A stretch of DNA of 64,000 bases, taken from assembly GCF_006345805.1 (NCBI RefSeq), contig NC_043003.1, positions 52,638,001 to 52,702,000 of the forward strand, in the 5' to 3' direction. Positions within the stretch are counted from its first letter, which is position 1; each line of letters begins with the position of its first letter. Position numbers and translations under genes: made by a program. This DNA comes from Octopus sinensis. Lineage: Eukaryota. Shown here piece after piece: positions 25,796 through 37,260 of the stretch. The notes beneath the pieces were generated by a model. That model worked only from the letters and a program-made list of their open reading frames with translations, did not search any database and had not been told where the DNA came from.

Positions 25796-26244
25796 TTATT
25801 ATTATTTTTATAGTTGGTACTGTTATCTAAAGCATTGTTATTATTTATTGATCCTTCTGCTCCATCTTTTAGGTCGAAAGTCCTACCATGATTATTTACA
25901 TTATTGGTAATGTTATTATTATTGCTAGTATTTTTATCTGCCTGTATATTGTTGTTATAGATATCACTGATATTTTCATTCTCCGTATTTTCTCTATTAG
26001 CCTTACTTCTATTATTAACATTATTACTTCTATTAATATCGATATTATTATTACTCCTATTAATGTTAATATTATTATTAGTCATTCTGTGGTTACTGAT
26101 TCCATCCATGTTTTGATAGTTACTATTGTTGCGTTTATTGTTGGTAGTATTATTATAATTGTTATTGGTATTCATGTTGGTATTATTATTTTTATTTCTA
26201 TCTTTCCTGGCTAGCTTAATGTTGTTATTATTAATCTTAGCTAT
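25796..26244 (-). mobile_element. Asn-rich linker of the Penelope-like ORF (5' part, separated from the GIY-YIG by the RTE insertion)
   Basis: Open frame LIAKINNNNIKL...NYKNNN. Removing the RTE joins it in frame to NYTHDNQNNRNIRHLPMNN...CKC. Confidence 0.7.
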
Positions 26245-27206
26245 TAAATAAATAAATAAATTTAAATGACCTCTTGTTAGGATTGCACTTAGATTTTTTC
26301 TCTTAATGTATTTCCTTTTGATGATAGCCTTTGACCCCTCTACCCCTGACCTTGTTATCTCTTTAGATTCTCTTTAGATTCATATCTGCTTTCAACTACA
26401 TCATGTTGGCAATAAAATAGCTGTTTTTACTGGTCAAAAATAATATTCTCCTTATAGTTCCTGGATTCTTGCAAATTCAAGCCAGCCAGGCCGTCTACAA
26501 ATTCTTCTGTGTAGTAGGTCACTTTTGAACCCCTTTCCCTCTAAGTTGTCACAGTATACTCTATGTGGGCGTTTTTTCTTTTCTCCCTTCTTTCCCTTTT
26601 TTCTTTTTTCTTTTCTTCTCCCCTTTTTTCTTTTTTCTTTTTTCCTTTTTCTTTTTTTCTATTTCCTTTTCCTTGTCTCTTTTCTTCTCTTTCCTTTCTT
26701 TTCTTTTCTTTGCTCCACAAAAATTCCTTCAGCCTTTAGAAGTTATAACTTAGCAGTCTTGTGAAGAGAACAGTAATGTGGCAAATACCTTATCATATAG
26801 CATGAAATGATACCCACCTCATTGTGGATTAACCATGGATAAATTCATCGTCTGTGAGTATGAAATTCCTCCTCATATCTCTGGAAATTTACATCTACAC
26901 TACGGATTAATTCACCTTCTCTGTGAAGCTAATAAGCTTTTTTTAAAAAACCTGTGATAAGACTGTGCATCATCATTAAGGAACTTCGGAAATCTGTTTA
27001 CAACCTAAATCTGCTTTTATGAAATTATCTCCAATACTTCATGAGTATAGCCTCACCCACTAAGATGTTTGGAGAACTCATATGTATTTTAGCTGATGAG
27101 TACGGGACACTTTTATCTGCTGCAATTTTTGCAACTTTTAATAAAGCCTGTCTTTGTATGAAACAATTGTACTAAAAACTAATCCATTCTTGTTGCTTCT
27201 TTCTCG
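26245..27206 (+). repeat. Right arm of ~0.97-kb inverted repeat
   Basis: Reverse complement of 20169-21154; the inner junction lies in a (TAAA)n microsatellite. Confidence 0.95.
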
Positions 27207-27210
27207 CATA

Positions 27211-27570
27211 TACATCATCATCATCATCATCATCATTTAGCGTCCGTTTTCCATGCTAGCATGGGTTGGACGGTTCAACTGGGGTCTGGGGAGCCCGAAG
27301 GCTGCACCAGGCCAGTCAGATCTGGCAGTGTTTCTACAGCTGGATGCCCTTCCTAACGCCAACCACTCCGAGAGTGTAGTGGGTGATTTTATGTGCCACC
27401 GACACAGGTGCTAGACGAGGCTGGCGAACGGCCACGCTCGGATGGTGTTTTTATGTGCCACCGACACAGGTGCCAGACGAGGCTGGCAGACGGCCACGCT
27501 CAGATGGTGTTTTTATGTGCCACCGACACAGGTGCCAGATGAGGCTGGCGGACGGCCACGATCGGATGGT
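27211..27570 (-). mobile_element. 5'-truncated RTE 3' UTR
   Basis: (CAT)n tail and three tgtgccaccgacacaggtgccagac units. Confidence 0.8.
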
Positions 27571-27789
27571 GTTTATATATATATATATATATATATACAG
27601 GTGTAGGAGTGGCTGTGTGGTAAGAAGCTTGCTTCCCAACCACATGGTTCCGGGTTCAGTCTCACTGTGTGGCACCTTGTGTAAGTGTCTTCTATTATAG
27701 CTTTGGGCCGGACAAAGCCTTGCAAGTGGATTTAGTAGACGGAAACTGAGACAAACCCGTCGCATACACACATATATAAATATATATGC

Positions 27790-28410
27790 TGTGCGTGAGA
27801 AGACCAGGCAGGACAAGTGAATCCAGCCCACTTATGCATGTCTTTCCTCCCTTGGACACACAAAGACCTGTTGAGGCAAGTGAAGTCGAAATCGAACCTC
27901 ATCCGACGACAGGCACCCATGCCAACCCCCCTTCTCTGCTTGCAAAGACCTGTTGGGGCAAGTGAAATCGAAATTGAACCAATCCTATGACTGGCACCCG
28001 GCAGATGCCAGGACCCCTGCACTGGTGGTACGTAAAAAGCACTATCCGAATCATGGCCGATGCCAGTGCCGCCTCGACTGGCTTCCATGCCGGTGGCACG
28101 TAAAAAGCACCATCCGAATCGTGGCCGATGCCAGTGCCACCTCGATTGGCTTCCGTGCCGGTGGCACGTAAAATGCACCAATCCGACCGTGGCCATTGCC
28201 AGGCTCGCGTGGCACCTGTGCAGGTGGCACATAAAAAGCACCCACTACACTCATGGAGTGGTTGGCGTTAGGAAGGGCATCCAGCTGTAGAAACACTGCC
28301 AGAAAAGACTGGAGCCTGGTGCAGCCTTCTGGCTTCCCAGATCCCCGGTTGAACCGTCCAACCCATGCTGGCATGGAGAACGGACGTTAAACGATGATGA
28401 TGATGATGAT
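27790..28410 (+). mobile_element. 5'-truncated RTE 3' UTR, opposite orientation
   Basis: Same UTR on the plus strand, ending ggacgttaaacgatgatgatgat. Confidence 0.8.
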
Positions 28411-28554
28411 ATATAAAGTATGGGGGTTTAGTTCACAGGTGATCTAAATGATTAGGTACACTAGGTAAGTGGTGTAACGGATTACTAGGGCTCCAAGATT
28501 ATAGCTGAGATGGTAGTTATGGAGCCATTGCAGATTTCAGATGCAACGGATATG

Positions 28555-29200
28555 TAATTGTTAAACAGTACAGCAAACATTAAGGCAAGGCAAACATCTC
28601 AAGTCATATACAATATTACTATTGGAAAAAATCCAAAATCTTACAGCTGTTTCTGGGATATCCCCAAGTACGGGATATTTCGTCATCAGAGACAAATAGG
28701 GAAAATGAGAATGGTGTATATTAATGAGATGATGACATAGAGGAAGGGAGTAAAAGAATAAGGAGATGGAAAGAAAGAAGAAAAAAGAAGCATAAAAGTT
28801 CATAGTTCAACTTCCCAAAGTTATAGAAACCAGAGCATGAGTTCTTAGATGCAATCCTGCATAGATCCATGAGCATAAGTCCTTAGGTGCAATCCTGCGT
28901 AAATCCACGTGGGTTAAAATCCTGATATAGTAGACATCCCATTGGGATATAACTTTGGAAAGTTGAACAATGAACTTTTATGCTTCTTTTTTCACCTTTC
29001 TTTCCATCTCCTTATTCTTTTACTCCCATACAATTCTCATTTTCCTTATTTTTTTCCTATTTGTCTCTGACAATGGAATATCCTGTACTTGGGGATATCC
29101 CAGAAACAGCTGTAAGATTTTGAATTTTTTCTATAATAATATTGTATATGACTTGAGATGTTTGCCTTGCCTTAATGTTTGCTGTCCTGTTTAACAATTA
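28555..29200. mobile_element. Foldback/MITE with ~270-nt imperfect inverted arms
   Basis: Termini TAATTGTTAAACAG / CTGTTTAACAATTA. The mirror-image ORF-track peptides 28561-28803(-) and 28970-29194(+) confirm the inversion. Confidence 0.85.
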
Positions 29201-31032
29201 TAATTGTGTGTGTGTCTGTGTTTGTCCCCGCCACCATTGCTTGACAACTGATGTTGATGTGTTTACATCCCCATAACTTAGCAGTTCGGCAAAAGAAACT
29301 GATAGAATAAGTACTAGGCTTACAAAGAATAAGCCCTGGGGAAGATTTGTTTGACAAAAGGTGGTGTTTCAGCATGGCCACAGTCAAATTACTGAAGCAA
29401 ATAATATATATATATATATAATATATACATACATCTCTACCCCCACCCTCAGCCTAACCCACACCCCACCACACAACTTATCACATCACAACACACCACC
29501 ACGTACACATCAGCACTGACCACTTTCCAGACCCACATTTTCACACCTACACACACGTCAAGATCACCAGCCCTCTTCCACACGTGCATACACTCTTTCA
29601 GACACAAACACGTGCACCTTCGTTTTGGGATCACCACTACTTTATTACCTCCCTTCTCCCTAGCTCTCCAGTGTGACCCTTCTGTCCGGCATTCACCATG
29701 ATAGATCGCTAGCCACTACTCTTTCTTTATTTTCTCTCCTTGTTTCTTTCTGTGTTCTCTTCTGTGGAAGAGCATAGGCTTGAAACATTAAAGACTTTTT
29801 CACTTCCCGAGCGTTGTACTGACACATCTGTTTGTTGTCTACACCACCTGTCTTCATCTTTTGTCGTTTTGTGAATTCTCCCTATATATATGCCAGAATG
29901 GACATTAAATGATGATGGTGATATATATACACATGTATGTGTGTGTGTGTTTATGGTCTCCTTGTCTTAACATTGCATGATAGTCGTAGACGAGTGTCAC
30001 CATCATGCAAGTGGTGTAATTCATTTCCAATTTTTCATGAAAATAAGTTTGTTTATAGGAAAATATTATCTTAAATGGAAAAACATATAAGGGTTGGCAA
30101 CGGGAAGAGCATCCCACTATAAAAAATATGCCTGAAGAAATTTCATCAGTCCCATGTGATCTTGGAAAAGTGGATGTTAAAACAACGACGATGATTTTCA
30201 TTCCTCAAATAATTTTTTTTTTACTACAATCTGTTTTATGAGATTTTTTGACAGTATTGGAAATGTTTTCCCTGCAAAAAAAAATTTATTCATCAGATTT
30301 CTTAGTTACTGAATAAACAAATGCTCTTACCAGAAAGATTTTTTAGTTTATTAAGAACCTTCTGCCTCTTCAAATGTATAGCATCAGGTTTTAGATTCTT
30401 AACTGCATATATTTGAGGTTCACAGATACAGCCACAGGAACTCATTGTGGGCTAAAGAACCCTGAAATGAAAAATATGGTTATTACACTCTAATTAAACA
30501 TCAGAACAATGTAAGAAAAAGATTAAATTTTATTCAGGCAGCCTGAGTTTGATTCCAATGACTAAGCTTTGAAGCTGGTGTCTGGAACACAAACTGACAA
30601 AAGCTTCTTTCGTAAAATTATGATAGAATGTCTAAATATGAACATTTTAAAATAGATAGTTTTGTATCAAGGATGAAAGGACAGTGTCAGGTGGACTGAT
30701 ATCAAGTAACAAAAGATAGTTCCACTTTTTCAACTGAGAACACAGGGTAGTGGGGCAGATGAGCTTCAGTATGTGAGAGTGGGAGAGTTAAACTAAAATT
30801 CACATAGGCTCACATTATTAGAATCATGAGAGCATTACAAAAATTGTTTTGTAGCATCTGATTCAATTTTTTACATTTTGAGCTTAAATCCTTTTGAGAT
30901 CACCCATGCTTTTCATCCTTTCGGGGTTAATAAAATAAAGTAGCAGTCAAATTACTGGGGTTAATATAATTGACTAACCCTTCCCCCTAAACTTGTTGGA
31001 CTTTGAAACCATTATATCATACTTATTTTACA

Positions 31033-31575
31033 TCATTATCATCGTTGAACGTCCGCTTTCCATGCTAGCATGGGTTGGACGATTTGACTGAGGTCTGGCG
31101 AACCAGACTCCAATCTGATCTGGCAGAGTTTCTACAGCTGGATGCCCATCCTAACGCCAACCACTCTGAGAGTGCAGTGGGTGCTTTTACGTGCCACTGG
31201 CACAAGGGCCAGTCAGGCAGTGGCCATGCTCAAATGGTGCTTTTTATGTGCCACCTGCACAGGAGCCAGTCCAGCGGCACTGGCAATGATCTTGCTCGAA
31301 TGTTTTTTCATGTGCCAGTAAGGCAACGCAGGTAACGATCACACTCGAATGGCGCTTTCTACACGCCATCGGCACGGAGGCCAGCTTGTTGCTCTGGCAA
31401 TGATCACGCTCGTATGGTACTCTTAGCACTCCACTAGCACAGATGCCAGTCATAGAATTTGATTTCAATTTCGATTTCACTTGCCTCAACAGGTCTTTGC
31501 AAGCAGTTTAGTATCCAATGAAGGAAAGGTATGCATAAATGGGCTGGTTACACCCCTGGCATAGGCCACAAGGTT
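31033..31575 (-). mobile_element. 5'-truncated RTE 3' UTR
   Basis: Same tail and UTR units as 8495-8945. Confidence 0.75.
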
Positions 31576-32374
31576 ATGGTCTCTCCAAAAATGAGGATGA
31601 CTTTACCTTTCATCATTTTGAATAAAATAAGTACCTGACAAGCACTGGGGTTGATGTAATCAAATAGACCCCCACCCTCCAAAATTTCAGGCCTTGTGCT
31701 TATAGTAGAAAAGATTATCATTATTATTAGTAGTAGTATTTTCATCCTCTATATACCTCTGACTTAGTCACTGGCACACTACCCATACTCCACATCACCT
31801 GTGCTGCCATTGTCCACTTTCCTGTTTCTTCCTCCAAACTCTCTTTGTATTCACCATTTGGTTCTATCTCCATCTCAATCCATCAGCCACTCTCTTTTTG
31901 TATTCCCACAAACTTACCTACCCATTCAATGTCCACTCCTCTGGACCAATCCTCTTATATCCACCTTTCTGTAAATTGAGGGTACACCCTGACACATCTT
32001 CACTGTCTTCTCTCATTTTCCAACTGGCATAGCCATGTTACACCTCTCCCACAAGACACCAGGTTTTGACCCCTCCAGCATATGATAACCTTTCATCACT
32101 TGGTATAAATCCATCTCCCTCAATATTAAACCCCACTCAGTTGATCGGTCTTCTCTTGAGAGTTCTTTTGTAACTTACTAGTGTCAGTATCATGTAGAAA
32201 GCATCCAGTACACTCTGTAGAATGGTTGGTATTAGGAAGGGCATTCAGTTATAGAAATGATGTCAGAACAGATACTGGAGCTTGTTGCTGTCCTCTGACT
32301 TGTTGGCTACTATCAAAATGTCCAGCCCAAACTAACATAGAAACCGGATGTTAAATGGTAATGATGATGAGATG

Positions 32375-32842
32375 TTACTCTTTAATCTTACTTGTTTCGG
32401 TCATTTGATTGTGGCCATGCTGGAGCATTGCCTTTAGTCGAGCAAATCGGCCCCAGGACTTATTCTTTGTAAGCCTAGTACTTATTCTATCGGTCTCTTT
32501 TGCCGAATTGCTAAGTTACAGGGACATAAACACACCTGCATCGGTTGTCAAGCGATGTTGGGGGAACAAATACAGACACACAAACATACATATATATCAT
32601 CATCATCATCGTTTAACGTCCGCTTCCCATGCTAGCATGGGTTGGACATTGTGTATATATATATATATCCACATATATACGACGGGCTTCTTTCAGTTTC
32701 TGTCTACCAAATCCACTCACAAGGCTTTGGTTGGCCCGAGGCTATAGTAGAAGACAGTTGCCCAAGGTGCCATACAGTGGGACTGAACCCAGAACCATGT
32801 GATTCGTAAGCAAGCTACTTACCACACAGCCACTCCTACGCC
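32375..32842 (-). mobile_element. SINE family B with a short RTE tail nested in its microsatellite
   Basis: Family B tail and head halves flank catcatcatcgtttaacgtccgcttcccatgctagcatggg at about 32597-32647. Confidence 0.8.
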
Positions 32843-33593
32843 TTTGTTGTTGACAATGATCAAAAAAGTCCTGTTGCAATTTAGGAAGCAAGAGAGCTGG
32901 CATTGATATTTATCTACTGCAGGCAATCACTTTATATCTCTTTTGGAGCATTTGAATAGCCTGCAATAGGTAAGTTGATGTTTGATACATAATATGGAAA
33001 CTGTTAACATTGAAAAAAGCAGCCAATGCTTTAATATATATATCCTTTATAAATGGAAACACGAAAAAATGCCTGAAATTTTATGCAAGAACCCCCACCA
33101 AAAGGGAGGAGGTATAGCAAATGGATCCTATGAAATCAATTCTAAAGAAAATTATTTTTCTGGATAACATTGTCCTTAAGATTTAGGATTTACAATATGT
33201 AATCTGGAGCGTTATCCTTTAGTGTTCTGATTACTCTGTTAAATGTAATACTTTTTCACTCAAATTGTTTTGAATTAATCATGCATTATCTTATAGCTTT
33301 GATGGATGTTTCAATGATGTGATTGTTAATTTTTAGAATGTCAATGTAGGTTAGGTGGGAGAGGCCAGATATCGCCCGTTTGAATATAAAACATGTAGAA
33401 TATTTGGGCCGGATATGGCCGGTTTAAACACTAAAGGTATAGATTAGAAATTAGATTGGTTTGTTTAGGAATATTTGACAGCTTCATTAAGCTGAACCGT
33501 GAAAACACTTTTTTTTTTTAAATATAAAAAAATGGTTGGAGAAAACTGGAGCTGGTCTTGGTGTTTATCACACGTTATCTTGCAGTAACTTAC

Positions 33594-33720
33594 TCTTCAT
33601 GCTGCTCTTTAAAAGAGCCAGTCTTAAAAACAAAAGGTGAAATACGGAGAAAAGTTTAAATTTCCAAAGAAGTGCAGTTGTGGAGAAGAAGACCGCATGC
33701 AGATCTCTGTGAGAAGAGAT
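33594..33720 (-). other. Candidate first exon of BRCA2 (5' UTR plus ATG AAG A, phase-1 donor); 5' boundary unknown
   Basis: Unique sequence with ATGAAGA|GTAAGT, a perfect donor whose phase fits the 12130 acceptor. No homology support. Confidence 0.3.
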
Positions 33721-33946
33721 TACTGGTTCAACACAGGTGGTTTTATGTTTCGAAATAATTAACTTTTAATGAAGGGGAGTTAATTTGATTTGTTTCAGTG
33801 AAATAATTACATAAAGCTAGAGTTTATTCTACTTCACTTTTGTATCTGGTTTGCAAGATTCTTTATGTGAATTCGTGTGTTGAAACAAATTTTGCTGTGT
33901 CTAGGGACAGTCATACTGTCTTAATGCTTTATTATCCAACACATTC

Positions 33947-34095
33947 ACCGGTTCGATTTCCACTCATTTATTATTTATATTTTTTTCTTCTGCGCAACCT
34001 TGTCAATGGATGAGTCAACATCCATTGACAAGTTTGCAAAAACAACGAAAATTTTGGAAGAAAGAATTTAATAAATGAATGGAAATCGAACCGGT
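33947..34095. mobile_element. 149-nt palindromic MITE-like hairpin
   Basis: ACCGGTTCGATTTCCA(C/T)TCATTTATT terminal inverted repeat; inner 14-bp perfect stem cttgtcaatggatg/catccattgacaag. Confidence 0.75.
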
Positions 34096-35251
34096 AAGAT
34101 AATAAGGCACTAAGACAGTATGATTCTCCCCAGACACAACAAAATCACACAAGGAATTATGGAAAATAACAAGCAACAAGTTATAGACAGATCTGCGTAT
34201 ATAGAAGCTAAAAATCTTCTTCAAATCTCAAGTTGTCTAAATACTATGAACTGATCTATTAAAATCATTCATTATTTTTCTATGACCACTTTGTGATTAA
34301 CAGAAACCCGTCAAACAATAACGATACTGCGATTACATTGTTACTGTATGCCGGTAACGATTGAAGAATCATGATGTAAACAGTTGAATAACTTAGCAAT
34401 GTGTCACGAATATAAATCTTGTTTTAATGAAATGATAGACTATACTAAAACGGTTCTTGTCATGACAAATATTACTAATCAAAATAATTAACTTAATTAC
34501 TGTATATTAAAACTGTAAACAAGTGTTTATAACAAGATATTTTGGTAAAAAAACACATCTAAAGAAATTTCAACAGTTTAAAATGTATGTTCGTATCGAC
34601 AGTCAGTAATTTATTGGTAGTTAAAATGAAAATACTTTTAAAACAAAGAGTTGACACATTTTAAATCAACGATATAATATAAATAATTAATCAATCTTAC
34701 CCAAATAGTAAAATTTAACACTCAAACATTAAGTCGTAAATCAAAACTGGCGCGATAAGATTTTATAAATTTTGTATTGTATTCGCTGCTGAAACGAAAT
34801 AGGAACATAAGCGAAGCGAAACAGATAACTCTACTTTATTTATGAAAATCAATGTTTCTTTTTATTTATTTATTATATAGTCTGATGAGGATGAGCATAT
34901 TTTTTAACCTTCTTTCTTTTCAAGAAAAATATCTTTCCAGGCGATATAACTCATAATAATATTTTTGCGTGAAGGGGAACGAATCATAACAACTACCTCA
35001 TGTGAACTTCAATATTTTGGGACGACGTCCGGTGGGCCACGTTTTATGGTGCTTGTTCTATCACTTTCAAGACGATATATTTTATCTAGTTATAACCCGG
35101 GCTACCGTCATCTGTGGGTTTGGTGAAATATGTATATACTCATTAATTCGACAAACCAATGAGCGACTACAATTCTTAGATTTTCGACTTGTTGATTTGC
35201 CACTGCACACGCTATACAATTTTCTTCTCAGAGTTATTAATATATTGGGGC

Positions 35252-35282
<31 letters not shown>

Positions 35283-35322
35283 CCCTCCCTCCCACAATCT
35301 CTCTCACACACACATACCAATT

Positions 35323-35822
35323 TACGAGGGAATGCTGAAAAGTTCCTGGCTTGAAGGGTGTCGCGAAAAGCCTAGCTGGAGATCCAACCTTCCGAGTTCT
35401 TTTACAGGGCTTAGAAAAGCTGAATGACCGCTGTAATGAGTGTGTGAACCTGAGGGGGAAATACGTTGAATAACATCATGGCATTCTTTCGATATAACTT
35501 GACAAAATCAAAACCCTTCACTTCGGGTATTTCCGTGGAAACAAATGACAGTTCGATTCTGTTTTCTGCTTGGAAATTTGAGAATTTTACATACACACAT
35601 GAAACAGCTAAGAACAAATATGCAAGGCTTTTTTTTTTCTTCAAGTTTAGAATGAGAAATTGCTGGCATAATTTCGTTATATCTATACTCCACAACCCAC
35701 GGAAATACCCGAAGTGAAATGTCTCGACCTTGTCGAGCTATATCGAAGGAATGCCAACATCCTAAGTGATCCTCCTGTATTTTCTTTTACTCAAAGACAG
35801 GAACTTTTCAGCACTCAGTCGT
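35323..35822 (+). mobile_element. Non-autonomous mariner with nested ~60-bp-TIR element (35478-35756)
   Basis: TIR TACGAGGGAATGCTGAAAAGTTCCTG / CAGGAACTTTTCAGCACTCAGTCGT. Transposase C-terminal remnant LEKLNDRCNECVNLRGKYVE*. Inner inverted repeat ttcacttcgggtatttccgtgg / ccacggaaatacccgaagtgaa. Confidence 0.8.
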
Positions 35823-36157
35823 TTAACGGTACACGGCGACTTTTCTGTCTACGTTTGCGTACAAGTTGATGAATGCATGTGAGCTTCACACATGCTTGCT
35901 TGTGTGTATTTGCACGTATGTGTGATTACGTTTACACACACCACACACATATAAGAAAAGAAACGGAGCAACAATTAACAATTAGAAGTTGATCATTGGT
36001 GTTAAATGGTCATAGTTTAATTGTAGTTAAAAAAGCATTTACAGCTGTTTCAGTTGGTTGTTTTTTAGGTAAATTTGCATTTATTTCATTCCATGTAACA
36101 AACATCCTCAGAATGACTTAGAGTTTATCAGAAGAATATTGACAAGAGAAAAAGGGA

Positions 36158-36279
36158 GTGTCCTTTAAGGCTGCACGTGTGTGTACATTTCTTCAATTAG
36201 ATGAATGGAGCAGTCTCCACTTACTGCCCCATTCATCTGATTGAAGAAATGTACACACGCTTGCAGCCTTAAAGGACAC
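36158..36279. repeat. 122-nt near-perfect hairpin
   Basis: gtgtcctttaaggctgca...cttcaattagatgaatgg pairs with ccattcatctgattgaag...tgcagccttaaaggacac; ~50-bp arms, few mismatches. Confidence 0.9.
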
Positions 36280-36303
36280 AAAAATGTAAGCCTTAAGACT
36301 TGC

Positions 36304-36517
36304 TCTTTTACTCTTTACTCTTTTACTTGTTTCAGTCATTTGACTGCGGCCATGCTGTAGCACCGCATTTAGTCGAGCAAATCGACCCCAGAACTTATTC
36401 TTTGTAAGCCTAGTACTTATTCTATCGGTCTCTCTTTTGCCAAAACGCTAAGTTACGGGGACGTAAACACACCACCATCGGTTGTCAGGCGATGTTGAGG
36501 GGACAAACACAGACACA

Positions 36518-36555
<38 letters not shown>

Positions 36556-36736
36556 TATACATACATATATACGACGGGCTTCTTTCAGTTTCCGTCTACC
36601 AAATCCACTCACAAGGCTTTGGTCAGCCCGAGGCTATAGTAGAAGACACTTGCCCAAGGTGCCACGCAGTGGTAATGAAGCCGGAACCATGTGGTTCGTA
36701 AGCAAGCTACTTACCACACAGCCACTCCTACGCCTA
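36304..36736 (-). mobile_element. SINE family B, well-preserved copy
   Basis: Full head, CORE-like motif, (CA)n/(TA)n centre and tail. Confidence 0.85.
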
Positions 36737-37089
36737 TTTCTTTTTTTCCTTTTCCTTTCCCTTTTCTCCTGTCAGTATTCTTCTGATGATGTTTGTTACA
36801 TGGAACAAGATAAATGTGAAACAGCTATAAGTGTTGTTTTAACTACAATTAAACTATGGCCATTTAATACTGACGATCAACTTCTGATTGTTAATTGTTA
36901 CTCCATTTCTTTTCTTATCTGAATATATTAAACTACGGTTTGCCATTTAAGTTACCAGCTACTGTTAATCTCTTATCAAAGCCTATACATAGTTAGGTAA
37001 TACATCAGTAGTGACTACAGATACATTTATCCCTTAGACGGTTGCACAACCTCTAACTCGTAATTTATATATATATATATATATATAGT

Positions 37090-37151
<62 letters not shown>

Positions 37152-37260
37152 TAAGCACATAAATATGAAGCAATATGGGAGAAAATATTACTCGAATACC
37201 GGAGTAGAGTAATATGCTTCATTATTAAAGCAGCAAAACCATCACAAAAATATCTCAAAA

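Noticed and set aside
23324-26214. Plus-strand ORFs of 71-147 aa
   Set aside because: Antisense shadows of the RTE and Asn-rich ORF.
34008-34100. Plus-strand first exon of a gene divergent from BRCA2 (CG|GTAAGA)
   Set aside because: The apparent donor is the end of the palindromic element's inverted repeat, and the upstream ATG frame stops.
34745-34760. E2F site for BRCA2 (TATCGCGCCAG)
   Set aside because: Imperfect match over 1 kb from an unconfirmed first exon; not distinguishable from chance.
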